Assembly: GCF_009914755.1 (NCBI RefSeq)
Contig: NC_060939.1
Source of the DNA: the human T2T-CHM13v2.0 reference genome, Homo sapiens
Length of the DNA: 64,000 bases
Reading direction: 5' to 3' (one strand)
Positions 1 to 12,877 of this stretch are shown here, in pieces. A model generated the notes under the pieces. The model was not told the DNA's origin and searched no databases. It was given only the letters and a program-made list of their open reading frames with translations. A program made the position numbers and the translations under genes. The number at the start of each line of letters is the position of its first letter. Within the stretch, counting starts at the first letter, position 1.

Positions 1-199
1 CTTGGCTCACTGCAACCTCCGCCTCCTGGGTTCAAGCGATTCTCCTGCCTCAGCCTCCTGAGTAGCTGGGATTACAGGTGCCGGCCACCACACCCAGCTA
101 ATTTTTGTACTTTTAGTAGAGATGGGGTTTCACCATGTTTTTCAGGCTGGTCTCGAAATCCTGACCTCGTGATCTGCATGCCTCGGCCTCCCAAAGTGT
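1..199 (-). mobile_element. AluS (Sc-like), cut by window edge, 5' end missing
   Basis: Antisense Alu: ctcactgcaacctccgcctcctgggttcaagcgattctcc ... ctcgtgatc ... cctcggcctcccaaagtg. Confidence 0.93.
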
Positions 200-207
200 T
201 TGTTATT

Positions 208-815
208 TTCTTTTTTAAGAGACAGTGTCTTGTTCTGTTGTCCAAGCTAGAGTGCAGTGACGCAATCATAGCTCACAGCAGCCTCGAAATCCTGGGCTCA
301 AGAGATCCTGCTGCTTTGGCCTCCTGAGAAGCTGGGACTACGGGCGAACATCACTATGTCTGGCTACCTTTTTTTTTTTTTTGAGACAGAGTCTCGCTCT
401 GTCACCCAGGCTGGAGGTGCAGTTGCACGATCTCGGCTCACTGCAACCTCTGCCTCTCGGGTTCAAGCATTTCTCCTGTCTCAGCTTCCCTAGCAGCTAG
501 GACTACAGGTGCACACCACCACGCTCAGCTAATTTTTGTATTTTTAGTAGAGATGGGGTTTCGCCGTGTTGGCCAAGCTGATCTCGAACTCCTGACCTCA
601 GGTGATCCGCCCTCCTTAGCGTCCCAAAGTGCTGAAATTATAGGCTTGAGCCACCATGTCCAATCTCACTTTTTTTTAAAAAAACTTTTTTTTTTTTGGT
701 AGAGATGAAGTCTCGCTTTTTGCCCAGGATGGTCTCAAACTCCTGGACTCAAGTGATCCTCCTGCCTTGGCATCCCAAATTGTTGTGATTACAAGAATCA
801 GCCCCATGCCTGGCC
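208..815 (-). mobile_element. AluJ split in its A-rich linker (right arm ~208-366, left arm ~686-815)
   Basis: J-type motifs gcaatcatagctcac, ctgggctcaag, ctcaagtgatcctcctgcc; arms flank a second Alu. Confidence 0.85.
369..665 (-). mobile_element. AluSx-like, nested in the AluJ
   Basis: Poly-T then gagacagagtctcgctctgtcacccaggctgg ... cctgacctcaggtgatccgcc ... gagccacc. Confidence 0.92.
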
Positions 816-839
816 AAAATCTGGTTTTAAAAAATCATC

Positions 840-883
840 TAGCTTGTGGAAATTTGTTATGACAGCCCTACGAAACTAATGTA
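840..883 (+). mobile_element. MLT1 LTR 3' terminal fragment
   Basis: aatttgttatgacagccctacgaaactaatgta resembles the MLT1 terminus. Confidence 0.45.
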
Positions 884-3800
884 GCCACAGTTTATGTTGT
901 TACTGTGTATGATATTATAATATATTGTACATTATATACAATGATTAACTTTCATTAGGAATTTAAAAATATGGATTTACATTAGACAGAGCATGCTCTG
1001 AGGAAGAAGTTTTTAATAAGTATGAGCAAAGGCACATTTTGGAGATTAATTTTTTTTTGGTAAACTTGACCATCTTTAAGCATTGTTTAAAAGGCTGCTC
1101 TAACCATCTGTATGAAATGGCACATGTTAAATTAGTCAGCTGGTCTCAGTGTTAATCAAAGAGGAGGTCAGGGGTCAGAACCATCAACTACACAAGAAAG
1201 ATCCATTCCCTCTCCCCACATCCTGAGAATGGACTTCCTGGCCTACAGCCAAGGCCAGTGGTGAGTTGTGAATAGTGGATATTTGCCCAAGTGGAAAAAA
1301 ATAATTTCCGATTATGAAAGTAATGCCTGCTCTTTGCAAGGAATTCTGAAATAATAATAAAAATACGTATATAAAACAAAATAAAAACCACCTATAATCC
1401 TACCACCCAGAGATACCAAAATCAAATGGGTATATATGTACATATATACTATGTGTGTTCAAAAGTAAGATTAGTCCATGTGTATAATTTTTTTTTTTTT
1501 CATTTTGCTGTGTACTGCAGGGATCATTATCTAGATCTCATCCCTTTAATATCTGTATGATACACAAGGGGATGAGTATGACATGAGTGATTTAACAATT
1601 CTCCTGTGGAAGGACCTTTAAGTTGCTTTAGTAATTTTTGCCACTTTGAACCATATGGCAATCAACTTTATGTGCGTACATTTATAAGTTTGTCCAATTA
1701 CTTATTTTTTGTTAGAATCTCTATTTTTACAGTGAGCTGCAAAAGTTTAATGGTTTCTAATTAAACTATAGGTGTGCTACACAAGAGGTGAATTGTCAAT
1801 TCTGGAAGGCTTGGGCTCTATTTAATCAGATGGTTATCTAAACCAAGATGGTGTCATTAAGTCTGCCTCCCTCCAGATGACCTCATTTATGGGAACAGAA
1901 CTCTTCAGGGGCAAATAAGCATAGAAGATATGATCTCTGCCAGTAAAGAATCTTATTTTTCAACTATACAGGTGCAATAAGTGAGCAATTTTACAAACTG
2001 ATTTTTAACCACATGGATATAATGCCTAAAGGCATGTGTGTGTACGTGTATGTGTATTAGAAGATCCAGCTCATCGGTAAGTGTAGCAAGGCCAGTGGAT
2101 GGGGTTAAGTGTGAACTTATTGGAAAGGAGGTGAAAGACCTGAGACACCGAGGTAGATCAGCAAAAAGGTGTAAGGGTGGAAGTGAGAGAGAGCAATTAT
2201 AGGAGAGGGGGTGGAGAGGCTTAGGTACATACATTGGTCATCCCCCTGTGTCTTCTTTATCTGAGAAGCCCCCCTCACCCCTTTGAAGCAAGAAGATATC
2301 TCTATAATATCTTTCAGAGCATTTCTGCCAGTAGAGGGTTACATGTATCTCTAGAGCTTAGCATAGCACCTTCGCATGATGGAAACATTTCTTCAACATG
2401 TAAAATAGGTGAGAGGACTATAGGTTATGTTAAAAACTGAAATTGCTGAAATGGGTCTAGGATAGTTTAGGTGAAGTCCTTAAAAAGGGAGAAGAGAAGG
2501 AAACCCTTACAGCCTTGCAGAGATACTTTATAGGACAGGTGAACTGCAATGAGGCATTTTGAAGCTCAAGTGTGTTCCAGTGTAGGGGACAGATAACTGG
2601 GCTGGAAGATTGGCGCTCTGCCTCTTCAGCCTCACCCCATACGTGACAAGGACCCTTGATATCTCTTGTTAGGATTTAATCTACCCTTAGCTATCAGAAC
2701 AATCCTGTTCTCAAGAGAAACTCTAGAAGCTTTGGTTCAAGAATTCAGCAACTGGGACTCTGACCTTGTGTCTTGGTTCTAGTAACGAGGTGATTGCCTT
2801 CCTTCTCCTTGTGCCCAGACCCAATAACTTAGATGCACTCATTTTTCCCAGGCCTAAGTCCTTGCATGGAGAAACAGCTTGGAAAGTCATCTTTTCTGCA
2901 ACCAGGAATGACCTTGGTCTGCTCATTTTTCAGCACTGCAGGCCAACCCAGCAGACGGAGTCTTCTCCATATTTCACTTAATAGGTTTGTTGAGGTATAG
3001 TTAACACACAATAAACTGAATATACGTAGAATGTGCAATTTAATAAGTTTTGACTTATTTACACAGTTATGGAACCATTATAGCAATCAGGATAATAAAC
3101 TGATCTATTACCTGCAACTTTCCTCTTACCTCTCTGTAATCCCTCCCTCTGCCTCCGTACAACCTCTGACTATACGTTCTGTCAGTCAGAATATACAACC
3201 TCTGTCACTATACATCCATTTTCCTTTTGTAGAATTTTATATAAATGAAATTATACCACATGTATTTTTTTGGCTAAGCTTCTTTTTCTTGACATAATTA
3301 TGTTGAGATTCAACCTGTAGTTGTGTGTCAATAATTCATAAGTTTTATTGCTCAGTGGCATTCCATTGTATTGTGTACCACAACTTGTTGATGTACTCAT
3401 CTGTTGATGAACATTTGGGATGTTTCCAGTTTTGAGTTATTACAAAAAAAGGTTCTATGAACATTCATGAATAAATCTTTGCATGAACATATGTTTTTGT
3501 TTCTCTTGGAGAACTACCTAGAAATAGGATGGCTGGATCATATGACAGGTATATGTCTAACTTTTTATGAAACTGCCCAGTTGTTTTCCACTGTGGTTAT
3601 ATCAATTTATTTTGTTACCAGCAGTGTAGCAGAATTCCAGTTTCTCCCAATCTTTGCCAACCATTGGTATGTGGGACTTACTGATTGTACCCATTCTAAT
3701 AGGCATGAAGTGGTAGCTCACTGTAGTTTTAATTTGGATACCCCAATGACTAATGATGCTGAGCATTTTTTCATGTGGTTATGAGTCATCTGTTTGTCTT

Positions 3801-4145
3801 CTTTGATGAAGTGTCTGTCAAATCACTTGCCCATTTATGTTGGGTTGTTTGTTTCCATATTACAGTATCTTGAGAGTTCTTTATACACTGTGGGTACAAG
3901 TTTTTTATTAGATATATGAATTGCAAATATTATCTCTCAGTATATGACATTTATTTTTATTCTCTTAATGTCTTTGGAGAGCAGAAGTTTTTATTTTTGA
4001 TGAATTTCAATTTACCAATTTCTTTTCTGTCATAGACTGGACTTTTTGCATTGTATCTAAGATATTTTTACCTAATCCAAAATTATAAAGAATTTTATTT
4101 CCTCTATAAGTAGTATACTTTCATGTCTTACATTTATATCTATGA

Positions 4146-4191
4146 CCTCCCAAAGTGCTGGGTTTACAGGCATGAGCCACCATTCCCAGCC
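4146..4191 (-). mobile_element. Alu 5' head remnant (~46 bp) at an apparent deletion junction
   Basis: cctcccaaagtgctgggtttacaggcatgagccaccattcccagcc. Confidence 0.85.
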
Positions 4192-4387
4192 ACGTATCTC
4201 TTTCTCCCCCAGATTTATCCCTATTTACTATTTTTTAATTTTATTTTTCCTATTTATCCCTAGTTTCCTATTTTTGATGATATTGTAATTGACATTTTAA
4301 TTTTAATTTTCAGTTCTGGGTTACTAGAATGTATAAATACAGTTTATTTTTTGCAATGATTTTATATCTTGTGACTGCTAAACTTAC

Positions 4388-4764
4388 CGCCATGGTCTGA
4401 ATGTGTTCCTTAAAATTCATGTGTTGGAAACTTAATCCTCAATGCAACAGTATTGGGAGATGAGGCATTTAGGGAGGTATTTGGGGCATGAAAGCTCTGC
4501 CCTCATGAGTAGACTAATGTCATTATAAAGGTCTTGCCAGAAGTAGCTTATCACTTTTGCTTTCAGCTTTCTGCCATTTGAGGACCCAGCATTCCTCCAC
4601 TCTGAAAGAGGCTCCCTTTTGGAAGCAGAGAACAGCCTTCACCAGATGCTGGCACTTAATCTTGGACTTCCAGGCCTCCAGAACGGTGAGAAATAAAGTT
4701 ATGTTCCTTATAAATTACCCAGTCTCAGATATTCTGTTATTGCAGCACAAAACAGAATAAGACA
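4388..4764 (+). mobile_element. MaLR solo LTR (MSTC/MSTD or MLT1A-like)
   Basis: Starts cgccatggtctgaatgt, ends gcacaaaacagaataagaca; near TSD cttac/ctcac. Confidence 0.88.
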
Positions 4765-5499
4765 CTCACTTATTAGTTCTAGTAGCTTTCTGGTAGATTC
4801 CATAGAAATAGACAATCATCTGTTCTTCAAATAAACCTCTCTCTTTGACACATCTTGATAAGTGTATCCTGTGGCTTTGGCTGACATGTGGTCTTGGGTT
4901 CTCTGTCTTTCTAGCTCTCTTTGCCTTATCATGACCTCACTGATAATGGATACCCAGATGCTGTCAATGGAGGCTGTCTTGAACATTGGACATTATACTT
5001 TCCCGATTCCCTACAAGTTCTCTTAGGCAAAATAAATTCCAAGGCCAAGTAACTGGCTCCATTACCTAAGCAATTGGTCAACCCTGTAAGTGCATTTAGT
5101 TCTCACGTCCCGAAGGCACCCTGTCTTGCCCATATCATTCATTGTCTTTTGATGGCTCTGAAATCTTAATGTGTTGGAGAAACAGAGCTAGGCATGTCTC
5201 ATACTACAGAATTTTCTGGTGAAGAATTTTATCTGGGACAGTGTGGACCACAAAAAATACAGTAAATTTCCAAAATTAAAAAGATGTTTGGTTCTAAATA
5301 TAAAGCCAAATTTCTGGTTTATCTTGAAAAGTAGACCTAGCAACATTGGATATATATACCAATTTGCTTAGGCAACATAAATGCCACTCCACATCACTTT
5401 AATTTAGGTCACTTACCTAACACTTAAACATGCATTTTCGTTGTAAATTCTGCCTTACTTTGATGGGCTTGCTTAGGCTTACCAAGAGACTTTGGCACA

Positions 5500-5960
5500 C
5501 TCACTCATTTATTTATTCACTCGTGCATTCACTCATCAGTCAACACTTACTGAGTATAGCAATGACATCACAAACAGTATGAGAGTTGCTTTCTATAGAC
5601 AGACAAACCAACACACTCTTCCTTTTTCCAGAGAGCTCACAGTTTTGCAGGAATAATTGAGATGCTATTATGCTGTTAGAATTCAGCACATATTTCTACA
5701 TGAATATAGAATGGGTTGGGAGGTATCTTGCTTTCCAGAGAAGGCAACATTTGGTGAGAGTCTCCAGAGTACAATTAATTGCCAGGTTGAGAAAAAGGTG
5801 TGAATGGTATAGTAGGCAGAGGAAACAGCATGTGGCAAGCCACTAAAATATGAACTGAAAATACAAGTTTTGGAGAATGTTTTTCATTCATTGTGGCTGG
5901 GACTAGTAGATGGTGAGGACCTGAAGCCAGAGATGTCAGCTGTAAAACAGAAGTGCCCAC
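5500..5960 (-). mobile_element. L2 3' end remnant
   Basis: cactcatttatttattcactc...caacacttactgag tail, gagctcacagt, ataGTAGGCAGAGGAAACAGCATG. Confidence 0.65.
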
Positions 5961-8789
5961 TAGAAGAAAGCATTGCTTGGAGTTAAATAGATTACCCCCC
6001 AGTAAGCACAAATTATTTACTTAACACAAGTGAACAACCACTCTCCAATCAGAAAGCAGATAACTGGCTATCGTATAAGATCTAGAAGATCCATCTTCAC
6101 CACTCATCGCCTCTTCTGAAGATTCTGTTATGATTTGGGGTGTGTGTGCAGGTATTGTTCAGATAATTTAATTCACATCATTTTTTCACATGTCTAATTA
6201 TTACTTTTTCCTTTTGCAGAAACAATTTCTATGTAATGTTTCAATGGAAGTTAAAGGTACAGAGTTCTTTGGAAAGAATGAAAATGTTAATACTTCAGCA
6301 CTAGTAATTCAGACTCACAAAATTCCTATTTCATGGTCTTCCAATGGTGCGATTTATTCAACGCTTTATTTGTGCTTGTTTCATCATCACTGAAGCCATT
6401 TCCCACCACCATTTCATCTCAGCTAAAATTTTCTTGGCAATATCCAGGTGAAATACAATACCCATTAACCCTCATTAACCCTGTAGCATCTTCTGTTAAG
6501 GGGAGGTGTTTCCCAGTACAACTAGAACTTAGGTTGTGATGAGAATACAGTGTTTGTTAGAAACTCTCTAAAATCAAATATCAAGATGGGGGTGAGACAA
6601 ACAAAAGAAAATAAAAGAAGATTCAAAGGCCGGGGAATGACAGTGTTGCAACCAATGTGAATTTATTATTGTTTACCTTCAAGAAAGCAGGGAAACTGTT
6701 CATATCTTTCTTTCTTAATTGCTTGGTTGACCTCGGTGGTGGGGGGGAAAGGAATCTAAGTTAAATGCACAGCCTATCTTCTGACAATACTCATCCCAGC
6801 CCCCAGTTTCCTTTCGGCTGAGTACCCATGTGGTTTCTGTGCTTCTGAGCAAAGAGAGCCAGAGTCACTTTAATAGCCCTTGAGAAAGTGCTTCAGGAGG
6901 TATTTGCAGAGAGCAGAGTACCAGGCCACAGCCTTGTCTCCTCCACATGCCCCAAATATTGAACCTTCCAGTAACTACAATTACAACCAAAACCACAAAA
7001 TGTAGATTTACAGATTGTTTTCAGCAACACCCATTCAAATTTACTTATATTTACACTAGAAAAATTAGGGTAAGTGCTATTGTGACCAGAGACACAGACC
7101 AGGATCAATAACCAACCAATTCTTGGCTAATAAAGCACTTCTCTAAGGTCTACGGTTGCTCTATTCTGACTTTGAGGTTGGCCTCTAATGTCTTATCCAT
7201 TGACTTTTCCCGTAAATATGTCTAATCGAGGCCATGTAGGATTCTAAAGAGAAATGATACACTCGGTTTGGTAAGAATTGCTAATTAACCAAGTATGTAA
7301 AAACTGTAGCTGCTACGACTCATAGTATTTCTCCTGTAGTGAAAATTTAGACATGACAAGGAACTAAAAGTAAAATACCAACTTCCATTTTATGTATAGA
7401 ACTGTATTTTTTTCTAAACTTCTCCCTGTCCCAAACCTTAAGGATTCCAACATTACCTTTAAGATAATGATCCTTTTTAAACAAATATATCTGTAACAGT
7501 ATTTTCCTGACGTTGTAAAACCTCTCACCAGGAAAATAATGTGCAGAATATTTTCATGTTACACAGGCATTCTTTAATCATGCTTAACCTCAGTTTGTAC
7601 AAAGTTCTCTTTTTTACAGCCACAAAAGATTACACTTCATATTAGAGAGGTCAAGAGAGATTAATTTGGTTCCTTGTACACTTGAATCATTAATTTTGTT
7701 CTGGTAACAGAGCAGGCTATTTAATCAAACCTAAAGGAAATAAAATAATGAATGACAAGGGAAGGAGAACAGGGAGAAATCTCAAAAGGGTTTCTGAATA
7801 TACATGTCCTGTTGGGAGTGTCGTGCCACTGTGCCCATTCATGCAAAGGTGTGCTGAAAAAGCCAGCTCTGCCCAGGGAGCTCGCTTGGTGTACTCAGGC
7901 CACCCCCTTCTTGTTATCCCTGTTCCCGGTATCAGAGGAAAAAATTTCCCCAACTCAGCTGATTACAGTCTGGTACAAAAAGGCCAAGGTTGTGCTTTCA
8001 ATTACCACAAGGTCCAGTTAGTGTGGCTTTGTTCTAAGTTTACAAACCTGCCCGTGTTCCCACCCAATAGGCTCCTACCTGAGAAACCACACTCAAGCAT
8101 GGGCTGCAGATCACAGGAGAATGCATGTGACTTTCTCAGGGTGAAGCTGTCAGTAGTGTTGGGGGAGCATGTATGCAGAAATTCGTGCAATGCAGACAAA
8201 CACTCTAGCTTTCTCCAGCACCCTGGGACTTTCTTTTCCCAACAAATTTCTTACTCTTCTCCACTTTTAAAGAAGAAAAGCATACCATAGCAGTGTTCTG
8301 TTTTGGGGTGTTGCGGGGAAGACCTGGATTACTTGGGCAGAAATTTAACATAGACTGTGCTTAGGGTAGTTTAATGAAAGCACTTAAGTGGTTTCAATCA
8401 TGATGTAATAGCAAAAGCTTAAACTCCACAGTCTGTGTACCTGAACGCTGGCTAGACCAATTTGGAGTCATTAAAGCAGTATATTATAAATAAGATGTAA
8501 CATCTTAATATAACCTAAACCAACAAAATATGTTACAGCCAATTTCTCATTTGATACTCAAAGCAAACTTGTGAGAAAGGAATTATGTTTATTCCAATAT
8601 AATAAATTAGGAAATTACAAATTTTCATTCTGAAGGAGTTCACAGTCAAACTGAGGAAACATCAAAATAAACTATTTTATGACAAAGGTCGTTCTACAAG
8701 CATTTGAACAGGTGCTAAGGAAGAACTGCCTGCCCCAGGTGCAAGTTTAAGGGACACCTTGATGGAACTGATGAGTCCTCAGAGGTTTA

Positions 8790-9690
8790 ATCTTAAAAAA
8801 TTAAGAATGCCTCTCCATTAAGGCACTATTTAAAGATTAAAGAGATAAGCCAGAAAGTAGAAGAAGATATTTGCAATCCATATAACAGACCAAAGCTGGA
8901 ATGAAAAAATATGTAAAAACCATTGGAAATAAAAACGAAAGGTAAATATACCTAATTAATAAATAGAAAAAACATGAGCAGAAATTTTAGAGCAAAAGAA
9001 GTATCTGTTACTATTTAATATGTGAAACATTCATTTTAGCTTTGGTAGTAATCATGTAAATGTTGTTGAGTACAAAGAGATATCATTTTGTACCATTACA
9101 TTGGCAAAATCAAGGAGTCGAGGTAAAACACTTATATATTAATATTCACTAGTGTAACTACCTTGGAAAACAATGTAGAAGCATCTTGTCAAGTTAAACA
9201 TTCACCAATCCCAAGTGCATGTGCCCCAGGAGATTTAGCATGAATCTTCATAGCACCACTGTTCATAATAGCAAAAGACTGGGAAAAAAATTCAAATATC
9301 TATCAACAGGAGAATGAATAAATACATTGTAGTAATAAACACAGTGAAATATCTTCAGCAGTGATAATGAATAAACTATTGCTATAAGCAACAAAGTGGA
9401 TGAAGTCTAGAAATATAAAGGCAGAAATAATAATATTGAACCAAAATAGCAATACAAAGACTAGATGCCGTATAAATATCTTTATTGTTAATATTCAAAA
9501 CCATTACAATTAATCAGTATATTTTCCAAGTACAGTACATATAAATTTATTCTAAACTAGGCAACATAAAAACAAACCTAAACTTCAGGATAATGAATAC
9601 TTCTGGGAAGAAGCATGGAGATGGGATGAGGAGGGGCATATAGATGCAAGTTATTGGTGATGAAAGTTAATTGACAACCGTTTTTGGAAT
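8790..9690 (+). mobile_element. L1ME-like ORF2 end and 3' UTR
   Basis: agaagatatttgcaatccatataacagac, cttcatagcaccactgttcataatagcaaaagactgg, tatcaacaggagaatgaataaatac. Confidence 0.75.
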
Positions 9691-10544
9691 CTTATACATT
9701 CAGTGGGAAGTGAGACTGAATTACCTCTAAATTATTTCTCAGAATAAGCCAAAAGGCTGCTTGTAAGAATAATGAAATATATACACAGGCAATGAATGTG
9801 TCAGTCACTTATATTATTGATAATATTATTAAGCTTTTGCCATGATTATATCTGGTTCTACTTTAACTAGGGCAGTTTAATAAATAAACTTGATCAAAGC
9901 AATGACTCTTGAATTAAAGCCTTTGGGATTAAAGTCCTACTGCCTGATGCTTATAAGAGACATAAAAAAGAAAATGGCATGGAAATATTCAAAGTACGCA
10001 AACTCAAACGAAATGAACCATAAATCATAACAGTACTTGTAACATAGTAGATATTTATTACTATTAAAGATATAAATGCATAATAAACACCTAACAATAG
10101 TGAATTCTTCTGCACCAAATTACAGAACATCTAAATATATAGAGTGAATACTTTTCATAATGCTTGGAAAAATACAAAAAGTATGATAAATAATAAAAAC
10201 ACTTATCTTTACAGATATTAATTCTTTGTAATGATTGCACTCTGTGAGGCAGATAAGTTGCTTTTCCATGTGGTCACGTGGAGAAAGTGACTTCAGTGGA
10301 TTTTGAATGCAAGCCATTTGGCTCTAAAGTCTTTGCTTTTAATGCATATAATGCCCCTCAAAGATTGTATTTACAATATATCTACAGTAAGTACGTATAT
10401 ATTTAATTCTGTTTATTACAAAATTAAAACATTACATCTTCTTTACAAACATCTCTGAACTATTTTTAAAATGTTCATATTCTGCATTCTGACTACTCAA
10501 GCTATATAGGCTCTATGACTAGCAGCCTGGACCTCCTCCAGGGT

Positions 10545-10654
10545 CTTGACAGGTAGGCAGCATCCTCAGTGACTCCAGATTTCCAGAATCAGAATCTGCA
10601 TTTTTACAAGATCTCAGGAGGATGTATATGCACATTAAAGTCTGCCAAGCATTG
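10545..10654 (+). mobile_element. MER5A fragment (hAT-Charlie)
   Basis: gaatcagaatctgcatttttacaagatctcagg...gcacattaaagt. Confidence 0.7.
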
Positions 10655-10659
10655 GAAAA

Positions 10660-11190
10660 ATTATCAAACCTTGTTCAAATCATAAAATAGCCAAGGTACA
10701 TCCTGTCATCACAAATCAATTAACAATGGAAAATAATATGTTAACAAGAAATCACTTAAAAATTGAAAAACAATTGCTTTGAAAAATTGCTTAAAGAGGA
10801 CAAGAATGAAATCTCAGCATCAGATTTTTCATAAGCCAACAATATGAGAACAAAGCATAGTCTTGTCAAATGTAACAAAATCAGTGTTAAATGGTAAACT
10901 TGCAATGCATGTTGTCAAAAGGATGTAAACTGAACTATTCTTTAATTCAAATAATTATTAAACTATACCCTAAGAATATAAGAAATAGAACACAATAAAT
11001 ATTAAAACAGAAAACAATGAGTTAAAAATATGAGGAAGTAAAATGCAACAGTCCAAAACCTAGCTTTTTGAGAAAAAAAAAATAGATGAATTCCTGGGAA
11101 ATTAAACAACAATTTTTAAAAAACTGAAAACAAGTAAAACCAACCAAACAAACAAAACACCCAGGCAATTAGAAAGAGAAAAGGGACTGA
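10660..11190 (+). mobile_element. Degraded L1M ORF2 fragment
   Basis: A-rich, with aaaacctagctttttgagaaa...atagatgaattcctgg. Confidence 0.55.
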
Positions 11191-12150
11191 ATCAGGCAGC
11201 TGAAGTGAAATGAACACGAGTAAAGGTGACCTATTCCTTTTGCTTCAGGACCAAACACTTTCTATTCTTTTCTCTTGTTTCTTGATAAACAATTAGGACA
11301 TTGAGGAGCTTCTCTGGTCCTTGTTTTCATCTTCTTATTGATTAGATTATACAATAATGTAGCTAAGGGCACCATATTCTTTGGATATTCATTGAAATGC
11401 TGGGAGGTATTTATGAATTTTTAATGACATAGTTCTCGGTCAATTCCCAGTTACTGACAATCCCCTTTGTGCAGAGTCTGAGGCCAGGCAAAGTGCAGCA
11501 GGAGAGCCGGGAGAGAGCACACAGCCCCTGCCTTCAGAGAGCCGACTACCCCGAGACTTTTCTGGCAAGAGCATCACCTGCCTAACCTTGCCTCTGGCGG
11601 ATTGATTCTGGCTGTAGGAGAAGAACCAGGCAGGGACAATAGAGGTTCCTTATGGCAAATGACTCTGCCCAGCAAGGGATTTCTAGGAGAGCCACAGCCC
11701 CTCCTTCCTCAGTTCCAAACTGGAGTGACAGATGTGGTCATCTACCATCAGAGGCTTTGAAGAGTCACAGCATTCATTTGATAATTGAAGGATTGGTTAA
11801 GAAAAGACACTTCATTAAACAAGGAAGTTACAATGAATACATGTATACACATAAATAAAGGCTACTGAAAAAAACACATCATCTTAACAGTGATTAGCTC
11901 TAGGTGTAGTTTTCTATAGCTCTAGCTATAGTTTTCTTCGTATTTTTGAAGTATTCTAACATGAAAAGTTTATATCTGGAAAAATTACCTTAACATGATA
12001 CAATATTCTGTTATTGATTTTTCATTTATATAAAATGTTTCTTTATCTTCAGCCTCATCTCCTTGGGGCTCTCTTCTCTATTTATAATAGGTATGTATAA
12101 CCAAACCTGTAACCTCTGGCCTCCAATGAAACAGGGAGAATTTGGGATAA

Positions 12151-12160
12151 GGGAATTCCC
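12151..12160. promoter_or_regulatory. Perfect palindromic NF-kB (kB) motif
   Basis: GGGAATTCCC; motif match only, function untested. Confidence 0.35.
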
Positions 12161-12341
12161 TCAGCTGGGAATGCAGTGGGAGGGAGGATGGGAGAGGAAG
12201 ACAGCATCACTTACAGCTGTTCTCATATGAGCAAAATCAAGTGAACGTTGAGGAGACTCTTGGGCAAGTTTCAGGACCATATACGGATGTGATCTGCAGA
12301 GACAAAGACTGGACGGCTCCTCTGGCTGCTGGTTTCGGAAT

Positions 12342-12511
12342 CAGTGATTCTCAAACCTACCTTCACCTTGGAATCACCTGGGGAATTTGCACATCTGCAC
12401 CACCAGAATATATCTCAGATCAAATACATCTGAATCTCTGAGAAATGGAAACTGGGTTTCTAGAATCACTCTCCAGGTGATTCTAATATGGATTCAAGAT
12501 TGAGAACCATC
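12342..12511 (-). mobile_element. MER5A/B (hAT-Charlie MITE)
   Basis: cagtgattctcaaac...ggaatcacctggg...ccaggtgattctaatatg...ttgagaacca; terminal inverted repeats. Confidence 0.78.
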
Positions 12512-12572
12512 AAGGTTTCCTTTGCATGCAATATGGAAATAATTAAACCATAATCCCCCTCGATTTGCAATT

Positions 12573-12588
12573 GTGCCACCTGGTAGAC
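12573..12588 (-). promoter_or_regulatory. CTCF-like motif
   Basis: Minus strand gtctaccaggtggcac versus core consensus CCACCAGGTGGC (one mismatch). Confidence 0.3.
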
Positions 12589-12877
12589 GCAGTTTAAGAA
12601 GTAGCTATCAGAACAAAATCACATATTACAGCCATCTGACCTCTTTCGAGGTCAACAGAGTCGAACCATCCCACAGAAAGATTTGCACTGGGAAGTCATT
12701 GTGTCTGTATTCCAGAAAATCATGTGGTATGTTAGAAAAAGTGCAAGCTCTGGAGGTAAACAGACCCGAGCCCCCCAGTGACTGGTTCAGATCCGTCGCA
12801 TACCCCGCCTCTTACTTCGCCCACCATGGAGGCAGCCAGATCCTCACAGGCCTGGAAAGCCTTAGCACCTGCAACTC

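Larger units (their letters stand above)
2975..4835 (-). mobile_element. Old L1M (MB/MC-type) 3' UTR and ORF2 end, interrupted by an Alu head fragment and an MST/MLT1 LTR
   Basis: ttgttgaggtatagttaacacacaataaactg..., gatgaacatttgggatgtttccagttt, ctaatgatgctgagcattttttcatg. Confidence 0.88.

Noticed and set aside
1200-6260. Isolated strong splice-like sites (donors ~1261 and ~2077, AG/GT pair ~6220-6256; also acceptor ~26887 and minus donor ~48996)
   Set aside because: They cannot be chained into a coherent reading frame or known protein, and such sites are expected by chance in 64 kb.
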